This document shows positions 38,719-47,728 of a stretch of DNA of 64,000 nucleotides, piece by piece. The notes beneath the pieces were generated by a model. It ran no database searches. It was not told the DNA's origin and saw nothing but the letters and a program-made list of their open reading frames with translations. The DNA lies in the NCBI GenBank assembly GCA_009995365.1, contig JAACPR010000003.1:405-64404 (forward strand), given 5' to 3'. The translations under genes were made by a program, and so were the position numbers. Position 1 is the stretch's first letter; every line of letters starts with the position of its first letter. The DNA comes from Candidatus Parcubacteria bacterium. Its GTDB lineage: Bacteria; Patescibacteriota; Minisyncoccia; Phycocordibacterales; JAACPR01.

Positions 38719-39132
38719 TTACATAAACCCATCAAATGGTCTACATCTCATACCATACGGGTCAGTATTAGGAAGGTGGACTTCATCAGGTAGTTTCTGA
38801 GGTTCTTCATCGGATTCGTTTAATTCAAGTCCAAGAAGAGCTTCTATTGCTGGGAGTATTTCATCCCAATCAAATACTTCACCTTTAGTAACGGATATTT
38901 CATGGTTGTGTGTATGAACACCTTCCACTCCGTCTAAATAATTGATTCTTTCAATGATGACAGGTTTCTCCGCTTCTTCACCAAGTAATCCAAATAAGTC
39001 ACCACCTACAGATATAAAATCTTTTCCAAAGTATATGCTTGTTTGAATACAAACAATATTTTGATTGGGTGGAAACTTGAATTTGTAACGAAGTCTCTTT
39101 CCCTTCTTTTTGTTTAAGGGCTCTTCAGCCAT
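38719..39132 (-). CDS. NifU/Nfu N-terminal-like domain protein
   Basis: LDGVEGV....EISVTK...DWDEILPAI pattern, with its own promoter (39196-39224) and terminator (38674-38713). Confidence 0.6.
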   Translation of the reverse strand: MAEEPLNKKKGKRLRYKFKFPPNQNIVCIQTSIYFGKDFISVGGDLFGLLGEEAEKPVIIERINYLDGVEGVHTHNHEISVTKGEVFDWDEILPAIEALLGLELNESDEEPQKLPDEVHLPNTDPYGMRCRPFDGFM

Positions 39133-39236
39133 AGTAAACCTCTTTCTAAGAATTTTAATTGAATGTGCTCAACGTCAGAATTGACGAAGTAATTGAATAA
39201 TAACACTAAAACACTAAAAGTCAAGCGATGTGACTT

Positions 39237-40286
39237 TGTAAATTGTCTATCGAAATGCAATCGCTTTTGATAATGATTGCTTCGGAACTCTCTTTATAAT
39301 ACCACGCTCACAAGCCACCTCATGAGCACTTCTATAACCTAGTGACTTTCTATACTTATGATTAAGCAGGTGTAGCTGTGATTGAAATACATCGTCTGAT
39401 ATTTTCGATAGATTAGTTCCTTTAGGAATAAACCATCTTCTGATTAAACCTATACCACCTTCAACATGTGGTTTTTGCCAAGGAGATCCTAAATCACAAA
39501 AATAACTAGGTATGGGTAGTTTATTATGATGAACATTTTCAATTCCATTGTCTGCTAAAAATGTATCTATATTCAAATAGTTTAATTTAGTGTTTATAGA
39601 ATCATCAACAACTCTAGCTTGTCTATTTGGGATTATAGAACCTGAAAATAATTTTGCTTCGGGAACAACGATTAATAACCCACTTGCCTTAGAGTGACAA
39701 TTTTTAGGTGATACAAATAAATCACGTTCTGCATGGATACCTATATTAGGTCTATCCTTAAAGGATATTCTGTTTGGTATTAAAACCTTTTTCCCTAGTT
39801 TAGATTGTTTCTTGCTTCTTGTTCTCTTTGTACATAAATACTGACAATATTGTTGACCATATGAAGAATATAACCATTTATAAATAGCATTAGTGCCAAC
39901 CCTTGATTCTATATTCATTCTCTTCAATCTTCCTGCAATTTCATCAGGAGAACGCAATTTCTTTAATTGTTTTATAATGTATTGTTTTAATTCAGGATAT
40001 GATTCAATTTTGATACCAATTCTTTTTGAATTAAGTCTTTTAACATCAGCATCCTTTTGAGCTGTGGTTGCAGAATATTTATATGTTTTCCTGGGGTATC
40101 TATTGATTTCTCTGGAAACAGTACTTGGGTGTATTCCAAGTATTAGAGCCATATCTTTCTGACTATGTCCGTTCATAAATAAAGCATGAATTCTATCTCT
40201 ATCCCTTTGTTTTAAATGTCTAAAATTTCTTATTTTCTTCATACAATTTAATATTACATAAATTGCATTTCAAAAGAGAATTTTCA
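39237..40286 (-). mobile_element. IS30-family insertion sequence (1050 bp)
   Basis: Imperfect 25-bp terminal IRs (tgtaaattgtctatcgaaatgcaat vs revcomp tgaaaattctcttttgaaatgcaat, 21/25) flank the transposase. Confidence 0.88.
39247..40242 (-). CDS. IS30-family transposase
   Basis: HTH (GIHPSTVSREINR), SPDEIAGRL, ADNGIEN, SPWQKPHVE and LN...RKSLGY. Confidence 0.92.
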   Translation of the reverse strand: MKKIRNFRHLKQRDRDRIHALFMNGHSQKDMALILGIHPSTVSREINRYPRKTYKYSATTAQKDADVKRLNSKRIGIKIESYPELKQYIIKQLKKLRSPDEIAGRLKRMNIESRVGTNAIYKWLYSSYGQQYCQYLCTKRTRSKKQSKLGKKVLIPNRISFKDRPNIGIHAERDLFVSPKNCHSKASGLLIVVPEAKLFSGSIIPNRQARVVDDSINTKLNYLNIDTFLADNGIENVHHNKLPIPSYFCDLGSPWQKPHVEGGIGLIRRWFIPKGTNLSKISDDVFQSQLHLLNHKYRKSLGYRSAHEVACERGIIKRVPKQSLSKAIAFR

Positions 40287-40378
40287 GACATCGTGTAAAT
40301 ACTTACCATATATAGTTAATTAAATAATATAAAGAAAAAAGCACCTTTGATATTATCTCCGGTGCCTCGTTGGTTATT

Positions 40379-40552
40379 TTATTCCTGTTCGAGTTTTTCA
40401 AACTTCTCGTCTTTTGGGTCGGGATCATAACCACCTTTTTCAAGACAATCTTTAAGAAGTTGAACTCCTTCTGGTCCAAGAAGTTGCTCGTTTCCTACAT
40501 AGTGTGATGTTTCTGTGTGGCCACAGTTTCTACATCTTATATCATTTGCCAT
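40379..40552 (-). CDS. Small protein with CxxC-H motif (57 aa)
   Basis: Hand translation MANDIRCRNCGHTETSH...EKLEQE, with a hairpin downstream. Confidence 0.5.
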   Translation of the reverse strand: MANDIRCRNCGHTETSHYVGNEQLLGPEGVQLLKDCLEKGGYDPDPKDEKFEKLEQE

Positions 40553-40632
40553 ATTTTTCCTTTCTAAAAAAAGATTATCATATTTTTATAAAATAAAAAG
40601 AAAACACCCTATCCAAAGACGGGGTGTCTTTG

Positions 40633-40974
40633 TTATAGGATGTTAATGAAAGCATCCCCGTCTAAAGTGCTATGGCCATATTTAGCCTCACACAGATTTA
40701 TACATTCAAGAACGTATTCTTTGAATGTGTTTTGATTGATTGAAACATCTTCGTCCATCAACAATATGTTGTTAATTTCGTTGATCCAAGACATTACATT
40801 TTCAATTCTCATAGAAGCGTATTCGATACTTGTTCGGTCCATTGACTCTCCGTTCTTATCAAATACCTCGATTGAAGTATTGCGACGATTTTCAGAGCAA
40901 AACTTGATTTTGATTTGCTCTTTGATACCGACTTTAATTATTTTTTCGGTAGTTTCTTCTACTAGGGATTTCAT
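40633..40974 (-). CDS. Hypothetical protein
   Basis: 113-aa ORF with an AGGAG SD upstream and a terminator-like acaccc/gggtgt hairpin downstream. Confidence 0.6.
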   Translation of the reverse strand: MKSLVEETTEKIIKVGIKEQIKIKFCSENRRNTSIEVFDKNGESMDRTSIEYASMRIENVMSWINEINNILLMDEDVSINQNTFKEYVLECINLCEAKYGHSTLDGDAFINIL

Positions 40975-41080
40975 TCCGAGTCTCTCCTAAGACTATGGGT
41001 TTAATTTAAATAACTGTTACATTTATAAATATAGCATATTAATACCAAAAATGAGCCTATAAATATAGACTTACTAAAGA

Positions 41081-41229
41081 TGTGGACATCGTGCGTAATT
41101 ATTGGAACCACCTAGGACATTGGGTTTATGAGAAGTATGATTTGATTTGTGAGGTGGAGAGCGGGGAATACAGCCTTATAAATTAAGAAACGTGGTGTTT
41201 ATAAGTATCACATATAGTTAATTAAATAA
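41081..41229 (+). repeat. ~150-bp cassette-boundary repeat C
   Basis: Aligns with A, B and D. Confidence 0.9.
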
Positions 41230-41262
41230 GAAAAACCCCACCAATGTGGTGGGGTTCGAATA

Positions 41263-41667
41263 TTATCCTTCCCAATAAAGAATAATCATTGTTTTGGGAT
41301 CTAAGCTATCCAAAAAAGATTTTATCGCCATGTTAATTTGGCTGGTGTCTTCAGGAAAAATGATTTTCATGAAATCACCAGCTTCTAAGTAACACAATTC
41401 ATTTCCGAATAGGTCATCTTTTTTGACTTCTGTTAACCCTTCGTCTTCGTAAGTCGTCAATGAGATTCCTGCCGGTAAAGGTTTGGGCGAAACCTTTTGT
41501 TCAAATTTCTCTTTTTCGTATTCAGACAAATCTATTATTTGTCTGAAAATTCTACGATCACTTTGAAACCTTAATCTATTAAAACCAATGATGCCGTTCA
41601 TCGTCTCGATGACTTCCGGCAAGTTAAAGTTTCCAATTACAGGATAAATAGTTAATGATATTTGCAT
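41263..41667 (-). CDS. Hypothetical protein
   Basis: 134-aa ORF with its own TTGACT promoter (~41718-41745) and an aaccccacc/ggtggggtt terminator. Confidence 0.65.
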   Translation of the reverse strand: MQISLTIYPVIGNFNLPEVIETMNGIIGFNRLRFQSDRRIFRQIIDLSEYEKEKFEQKVSPKPLPAGISLTTYEDEGLTEVKKDDLFGNELCYLEAGDFMKIIFPEDTSQINMAIKSFLDSLDPKTMIILYWEG

Positions 41668-41789
41668 AATTCAATCTTTCTTGTTGAGTTTTTTGAAAAG
41701 AATTTTTCTGCTGATCAATATATAACAAAAAATAATATAAGTCAAACTTATGCCATAAAATATCCTTACAAATAAAGATATTCTCATGA

Positions 41790-41938
41790 TGTGGACATCG
41801 TGCTGAATTATTGGAACCATCTAGAATGTTGGGTTTTTGAGAGTTATGACAAGATAATAGAGCTAGAAGAGGGGAATATGGGGTTTCTAAACAAAGGATA
41901 GTGTATAGTAATATATATCACATACAGTTAATTAAATA
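41790..41938 (+). repeat. ~150-bp cassette-boundary repeat D
   Basis: Aligns with A-C; preceded by a hairpin similar to the one before B. Confidence 0.9.
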
Positions 41939-41997
41939 GGAAAATAAAAAAGAACCGCGTCCATAAACACACGGTTCTCGAAGTCTGAGATTTTTTG

Positions 41998-42171
41998 CTA
42001 TTGTAAATATATAGCAATAGACCCCACACTGTAAAAAAAAGAGTAAGCCACCATATTCGCCACTTGCCACTTACTGTAGCCACCATCTATCTTCCGCCCA
42101 ATTGCAATGAGGAGGAAAAAGAGGCTTAAAATTGCGAAGGAGACTACGATTATTTTTTCTAGCGTTTCCAT
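41998..42171 (-). CDS. Small two-TM membrane protein (57 aa)
   Basis: Hand translation METLEKIIVVSFAILSLFFLLIAIGRK...IAIYLQ, with a TTGACT promoter upstream and a hairpin downstream. Confidence 0.5.
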   Translation of the reverse strand: METLEKIIVVSFAILSLFFLLIAIGRKIDGGYSKWQVANMVAYSFFYSVGSIAIYLQ

Positions 42172-42264
42172 TTTATAAATAACTGATTTTTTATGAAGTC
42201 AGGATGACGTCATTTCTGCTTTCTAATATAACATACTTATACAAAAAAGTCAAGAAATTGTGGT

Positions 42265-42351
42265 TGTAAATTGTCTATCGAAATGCAATCGCTTTTAATA
42301 ATGATTGCTTCGGAACTCTCTTTATAATACAACGCTCACAAGTCACTTCAT
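42265..42351 (-). mobile_element. IS30 end fragment (IR plus transposase 3' end)
   Basis: Near-identical to 39237-39323. Confidence 0.85.
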
Positions 42352-42423
42352 CGTGAATGATGATATAACTCATTTATGACTAAGTATACACTCTACTGTA
42401 TACTGTATACTTTTTTCTAAAAT

Positions 42424-43413
42424 ATGTTATATTATATAGACATGATTAAAAATAGAGACAAAATAATTGAATATTTGAAAAATAATAAACAGGCAACTCC
42501 TGGTGATATTTCTAGATATTTAAAGATTAATCGATCTGCCACTCATAGACAAATCAAAAGGCTATTAGAAGATGGTGTGCTTGATAAAATTGGTAAATCT
42601 CCAAAAGTTTTTTACATGTTGAAAAATGAAAGTGAAGTGTTGGCTAAATCCAATATTGACGGCAAGTTAAAAGAAACTATAGATGAAAATTTCATGATTA
42701 TAACAGCTGATGGTAATAGAAAAGAGGGAGTAGAAGCTTTTGTTGATTGGTGTAAAGATAGAAACGAAAATGTTGAGAAGTCTGCGATTGAGTATGTGAA
42801 AACATTTGATAAATATTCTGCCTACAAAAAAGATGGCATCATTAATGGTAATTATAAAATTAAAAAAGCATTCGAATCTGTGTATTTGGATGATGTTTTT
42901 TATCTTGATTTTTATGCAATAGAAAGATTTGGGAAAACCAAGCTTGGTCAATTGCTATTGTATGCAAAACAAAGTCAGGATCTTCAGATGATAGAAGAAT
43001 TAAATCAAAAAATTAAACCAGAAATTGTTTCTTTGATAAAAAAACAGAGTGTCGATGCTGTTGGTTTTATTCCACCAACTGTCAAAAGAGAAACTCAGCT
43101 AATGAGAGAAATAAAAAAAGGCCTTAATCTCTCTCTGCCCGAGCTTAATTTAGTTAAAGTCAAGACAAATGTGACAGTGCCACAAAAAACATTGAATAAG
43201 TTATCTCACCGTATTAAAAATGCTGAAAAAACTATTTTTGTTGATGATAATCGGAAATTTAATAAAGTATTGTTGATTGATGATGCTGTTGGTTCTGGAT
43301 CTACACTAAATGAGACTGCTAAAAAAATTAAAGAGCAGGGAATTTCCGATAATGTCATAGGTTTGGCCGTTGTCGGTAGTTTTAGTGGTTTTGAAGTTAT
43401 TAGTGAGGTTTAA
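42424..43413 (+). CDS. Winged-HTH / phosphoribosyltransferase (ComF-like) fusion
   Basis: N-terminal HTH (TPGDISRYLKINRSATHRQIKRL) and PRPP-binding VLLIDDAVGSGSTL. Confidence 0.8.
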   Translation: MLYYIDMIKNRDKIIEYLKNNKQATPGDISRYLKINRSATHRQIKRLLEDGVLDKIGKSPKVFYMLKNESEVLAKSNIDGKLKETIDENFMIITADGNRKEGVEAFVDWCKDRNENVEKSAIEYVKTFDKYSAYKKDGIINGNYKIKKAFESVYLDDVFYLDFYAIERFGKTKLGQLLLYAKQSQDLQMIEELNQKIKPEIVSLIKKQSVDAVGFIPPTVKRETQLMREIKKGLNLSLPELNLVKVKTNVTVPQKTLNKLSHRIKNAEKTIFVDDNRKFNKVLLIDDAVGSGSTLNETAKKIKEQGISDNVIGLAVVGSFSGFEVISEV

Positions 43414-43417
43414 GATG

Positions 43418-43792
43418 TGGAAACGGTGGGAATCGAACCCACGTCCAAACAAGGTAAACATATGACTCTACAAAGCTTAGTTTATCTTTTGATCTCGATT
43501 ACTGTTCTGAAAGATAAACAGAACAAACAATAATCCAGCTCGTGATTTCGGATAAGAACGCGAGCAGCGAACTTAACCTATCCTGATTTGCGTCGCCTTA
43601 GTCATCCAATCAGGATTCAGATGGTAAGACGTCGCTAGCTTATTAAGATAAAGCGAATGCAAAGTCTCCAACCTTGTAAGGTGAAGCAATTGAATTGTTT
43701 TTTGCATTTGGTTTTTCTGACAGTTTAAAGATTTATCAGAGATCTGCTTTGCACATATGTTTACGATTTGTTCGTCTAAACCGATCGTCCCC
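43418..43792 (-). ncRNA. ssrA: tmRNA
   Basis: 5' GGGGACGATCGGTTTAGACG and 3' GTGGGTTCGATTCCCACCGTTTCCA; internal tag ORF AKNNSIASPYKVGDFAFALS**; adjacent to smpB. Confidence 0.93.
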
Positions 43793-43941
43793 TAGAAAGA
43801 AACGACAGAGTCGCACCCTTGTAGGGAAACAGTTATGACAGGGAAACAGACAAAAACATTTTTTATGGAATCTTTGCAGGCTTCATTTTGATATAACAGA
43901 AGCCGAAACCAATTCCATAAAAATTGTTTTTGGGAGTTTCC

Positions 43942-44391
43942 TTATCGTAATTTTTTCAAAGTTCTATGAATCTCACGGTCAGATTCGCGGCGTTTGATTG
44001 TCTCTCGTTTATCTCGAGTCTTTTTCCCGCGCCCGACAGCGAACTTAACCTTTACCTTATTTCCTTTATTATACAACGACATAGGTATCAATGTCAAACC
44101 CTTCTGATTCTCGATTTCAGCCAACTCCCTCAACTCCTTTTTAGTCAAAAGTAGGCGACGAGGACGCATTTGATCATAGTTATCAGGGGTATTATTTGCT
44201 TGGTAAGGAGGAATATCCAGCCCAATCAGAAAAGCTTCGTTCCCACGGATAACAACATAAGAACCAGAAAGATTCCCTCTGTTATTTTTAAGGGATTTCA
44301 CTTCAAAACCGAATAATTCAATACCGGCTTCGTATTTATCTTGCACCTCATAACTGAAGGTTGCTTTCTTGTTGTTGACTAAAGTTGCCAT
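43942..44391 (-). CDS. smpB: SsrA-binding protein
   Basis: NKKA..SY, YEAGIELFGFEVKSLK and GKKTRDKRETIKRR. Confidence 0.97.
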   Translation of the reverse strand: MATLVNNKKATFSYEVQDKYEAGIELFGFEVKSLKNNRGNLSGSYVVIRGNEAFLIGLDIPPYQANNTPDNYDQMRPRRLLLTKKELRELAEIENQKGLTLIPMSLYNKGNKVKVKFAVGRGKKTRDKRETIKRRESDREIHRTLKKLR

Positions 44392-44432
44392 AGGCTTATC
44401 TTATCATAATTTTTATGTATAATGAGGGGACT

Positions 44433-46391
44433 ATGAGTGATAAAAAAGACCAAATAAAAAAACAAAACAAGGCAAAAAAGCCAGCAAATAAAAAAAATAT
44501 CAGAACAATTTATAAACTTAAAAAAGGTGATAAGAAAAAAACTCCAAAAACTTTCTGGAATAATTTCTTTACTACAATTTTAATAATTTTAACTATAACT
44601 CTTCTGTACTCTTTTATAGTCGAAGATCAAAAGAACGAAGAGGAAATTGCTATTTCTCAATTAGCTCAAGATGTTAAAGAGCAGAAAGTCGAATCTATCG
44701 TTATTCGCGGTGAAGATATAGAAGCGGGTTATGTCGATTCTGAAGTGGCTTTTGTTTCTAAGAAAGAGGCGGGAACTTCTATTTCTGAGACTTTCACAAA
44801 TTACGGTGTCACACCTGAACAGTTAGCTGGTGTAACTATTGATATACAAAATCAAACAGGTTTTGGTTATTGGCTATTGGTGGCTGGTCCATTTTTAATT
44901 CCTCTTTTCTTTATCATTTTCTTGATTTGGTATTTATCACGACAAGTTAAAGGTGCAGGAATGCAGGCTTTCACTTTTGGTCAATCAAACGCAAGGATGA
45001 TGAATCCAAAAGACAAGTCTAAAGTGACTTTTGCTGATGTCGCAGGTTCCGAAGAGGCAAAGCAAGAGTTGAGTGAGATTGTTGAATTCTTGAAAAGTCC
45101 AAAGAAATTCATCGAGATTGGAGCGCAAATTCCAAAAGGAATTTTGATGATGGGTGCGCCTGGAACAGGAAAAACATTGCTGGCTCGTGCTACGGCTGGT
45201 GAGGCAAATGTTTCGTTCTTTTCAATTTCTGGTTCTGAATTCGTAGAGATGTTCGTCGGAGTTGGTGCTAGTCGTGTTCGCGATTTGTTCAAAATTGCCA
45301 AGCAATCAGCGCCTGCGATTATCTTTATCGACGAGATTGATGCTGTCGGTCGTGCTCGTGGAGTCGGCGTTGGTGGTGGAAATGATGAAAGAGAGCAGAC
45401 CCTTAATCAAATTCTGGTTGAAATGGATGGTTTTGAACCAACTGACAAGGTAATTATTATGGCTGCTACAAACAGACCAGATGTTCTAGACCCAGCTATT
45501 ATGCGACCAGGTCGTTTCGATCGTCGTGTAACTATTGATTTGCCTGATAGAAAAGATCGCGAACAAATTCTAAAAGTTCAATCTCGCAAAATTCCTCTAG
45601 CAGAAGATGTTAATTTCAAAGTCCTTTCTGAGAGGACTCCTGGATTCTCTGGAGCTGACTTGTATTCTCTAGTAAATGAAGCCGCAATTCTAGCTGCTCG
45701 TGAAGACCGTAAAAAAGTTTCTCAATTTGATTTGGTTCGCTCTATTGAAAAAGTTATGCTTGGTCCAGAACGCAAGAATCACTTGCTTTCACCAAAAGAG
45801 AAAAAAATTACCGCTTATCATGAGGCGGGGCATGCTCTTGTTGCTTCAATTTTGCCGAATGCTGATCCAGTTCACAAAATCTCTATTATATCTCGCGGAC
45901 GCGCCGGAGGTTACACCTTGAAACTTCCAACAGAAGATCGAAAGCTACAATCAAGACAGGAATTCTTGGATGATTTAGCAATGACTCTAGGTGGATATGT
46001 TACGGAAAAAATGATTTTCGGTGATATTACAACTGGTCCTTCAAATGATTTACAAGTAGCAACAGCAACAGCCCGAGACATGGTTACAAGATACGGAATG
46101 AGTGATGAGTTTGGTCCAATCGCACTTGAATCAGGTTCAGGTAAGACTTTGTTTGGGCAAGGCGTTGATGACAAGGATTATTCTGAAAAGGTTGGTGATA
46201 AAATCGATGCAGAAGTTTCTCGTTTATTATCTGAGGCACGAGCTAAAGCAGAAGAAATTTTGACTGCTAACAGGAATATCTTAGAGATAATTGCCAAAAA
46301 ACTACTTGAAGTTGAAACACTTGAAAGAGAACAATACGAAGCAATTTTAGATGCACACGGTATTGATTATAAAAATCGTGACGATAAATAA
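44433..46391 (+). CDS. ftsH: ATP-dependent zinc metalloprotease FtsH
   Basis: Two TM segments, [24 protein letters not shown] and HEAGH. Confidence 0.97.
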   Translation: MSDKKDQIKKQNKAKKPANKKNIRTIYKLKKGDKKKTPKTFWNNFFTTILIILTITLLYSFIVEDQKNEEEIAISQLAQDVKEQKVESIVIRGEDIEAGYVDSEVAFVSKKEAGTSISETFTNYGVTPEQLAGVTIDIQNQTGFGYWLLVAGPFLIPLFFIIFLIWYLSRQVKGAGMQAFTFGQSNARMMNPKDKSKVTFADVAGSEEAKQELSEIVEFLKSPKKFIEIGAQIPKGILMMGAPGTGKTLLARATAGEANVSFFSISGSEFVEMFVGVGASRVRDLFKIAKQSAPAIIFIDEIDAVGRARGVGVGGGNDEREQTLNQILVEMDGFEPTDKVIIMAATNRPDVLDPAIMRPGRFDRRVTIDLPDRKDREQILKVQSRKIPLAEDVNFKVLSERTPGFSGADLYSLVNEAAILAAREDRKKVSQFDLVRSIEKVMLGPERKNHLLSPKEKKITAYHEAGHALVASILPNADPVHKISIISRGRAGGYTLKLPTEDRKLQSRQEFLDDLAMTLGGYVTEKMIFGDITTGPSNDLQVATATARDMVTRYGMSDEFGPIALESGSGKTLFGQGVDDKDYSEKVGDKIDAEVSRLLSEARAKAEEILTANRNILEIIAKKLLEVETLEREQYEAILDAHGIDYKNRDDK

Positions 46392-46518
46392 TTCTGTTGT
46401 TTTTCAGAATTATAGATTAAAAAAACTTCAAAAATTGACTTAGATTGAAAAAATTGTATTGTTGTAAATAGACCTTGGTCTTAGACTAACAACAAAAACA
46501 AAACAACAGGAGGTGTAA

Positions 46519-47034
46519 ATGAAAAATATTGTAAATAAAATACTTGTCTTTATCGATAATGTTCTTAATCTTTTTCTAAAGATTTTTATGGTGAATAGAT
46601 TTCAGAGGCTTATCTTTAGACTTAAGATCTATAAAAATATAAGTAAAAATCTATATGAAATAGTTTGGGATCAAGTAGTTAATTATTTAAACTTTTGTCA
46701 TCATCAATTTGAATTTACAATCGAAAATGATGAAAATAGGATTAATTTTAAAACTATAGATTTATCTAAATTTTCAAATAATAAAGGATGGAAAATTTCT
46801 TTTATTAATCTCAAGAAGACACCTGAGAGAAGGCGTATTTTAATGACCTTTGCAAAGGATGGTATTGAGAAATTCAAAGAAGACATCGGGTATTGTGTTG
46901 GTGGAAAAAATATTTTTGTAAAAAAAGATGATCCGCTGTCACGATTTACTGTGAAATCTATTATCGATTTAATTTCTATGATAGAAGATGATTCTCCTGA
47001 TTACAGAATTAGAAAATTAGAAATGGAGGCTTGA
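46519..47034 (+). CDS. Hypothetical protein
   Basis: AGGAGGT SD and TTGACT promoter upstream. Confidence 0.6.
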   Translation: MKNIVNKILVFIDNVLNLFLKIFMVNRFQRLIFRLKIYKNISKNLYEIVWDQVVNYLNFCHHQFEFTIENDENRINFKTIDLSKFSNNKGWKISFINLKKTPERRRILMTFAKDGIEKFKEDIGYCVGGKNIFVKKDDPLSRFTVKSIIDLISMIEDDSPDYRIRKLEMEA

Positions 47035-47035
47035 T

Positions 47036-47500
47036 TTGGAAACAGAACATGCAAAATTTATTTACCTAGTTCAAGATCTTGGTGATAAAAAACTTACTGG
47101 GAAAAAAGAAAATCTATCTAAATATTATAAAAAGGTAGATGATTTTTTTCAGCTTTTATTTCAAGTTTCAACTGAATTTGAATGGAAAAGGAGATTTGAG
47201 AGACAAGAGAGAAAGTGCGACATTGATACTGAAACAGAAACTTTCTTTACTTTTATTGGTTCAAGACGGCTTGAAGTCGTTGCAATAAAAGATATTAAGC
47301 CAGATTTAACCGAAGTCCTGAGAATCAGGATTTTGGTTAGAGACATGGCGATAACTGTTTTATTTAGTTTATGTTGCACTTATGATTTTGAGCATATCGC
47401 TTATGTTCCTAGAATCAATAGTTCTTTAACTTCTCGATACAGATTTTCTTTCTTTAAACTCTATGAGTATTTGAAAGAAAATACTACAAAGGCGCAATAG
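47036..47500 (+). CDS. Hypothetical protein
   Basis: TTG start with a GGAGG SD; followed by an aaggcgc/gcgcctt terminator. Confidence 0.55.
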   Translation: METEHAKFIYLVQDLGDKKLTGKKENLSKYYKKVDDFFQLLFQVSTEFEWKRRFERQERKCDIDTETETFFTFIGSRRLEVVAIKDIKPDLTEVLRIRILVRDMAITVLFSLCCTYDFEHIAYVPRINSSLTSRYRFSFFKLYEYLKENTTKAQ

Positions 47501-47538
47501 CGCCTTTTTTTCTTTGACTTTTTTACTTATAAAATTTG

Positions 47539-47612
47539 TGCACCCAGCAGGACTCGAACCTGCGACCGCGGAGATATAAGCTCCGTGCTACTACCAACTG
47601 AGCTATGGGTGC
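47539..47612 (-). tRNA. tRNA-Ile with UAU anticodon (CCA not encoded)
   Basis: GCACCCA-TAGCTCAGTTGGTAGTAGCA-CGGAG-CTTATAT-CTCCG-CGGTC-GCAGG-TTCGAGT-CCTGC-TGGGTGC-A. Confidence 0.9.
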
Positions 47613-47728
47613 TGTAGTTTTTTTGCGAACCGATTTTAAAAAACATTCGCCTAGATGAAATACTAATCTGAAATGGAATAAAAATCAATTCTTAATTTTG
47701 TAAAAATGTGGCAATATTTTTACAAAAT

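Noticed and set aside
37980-41938. Repeats A-D as a CRISPR array or classical integron attC sites
   Set aside because: The repeats are ~150 bp, divergent and separated by 0.4-2.4 kb of genes. There are no cas or intI genes and no RYYYAAC/GTTRRRY ends.
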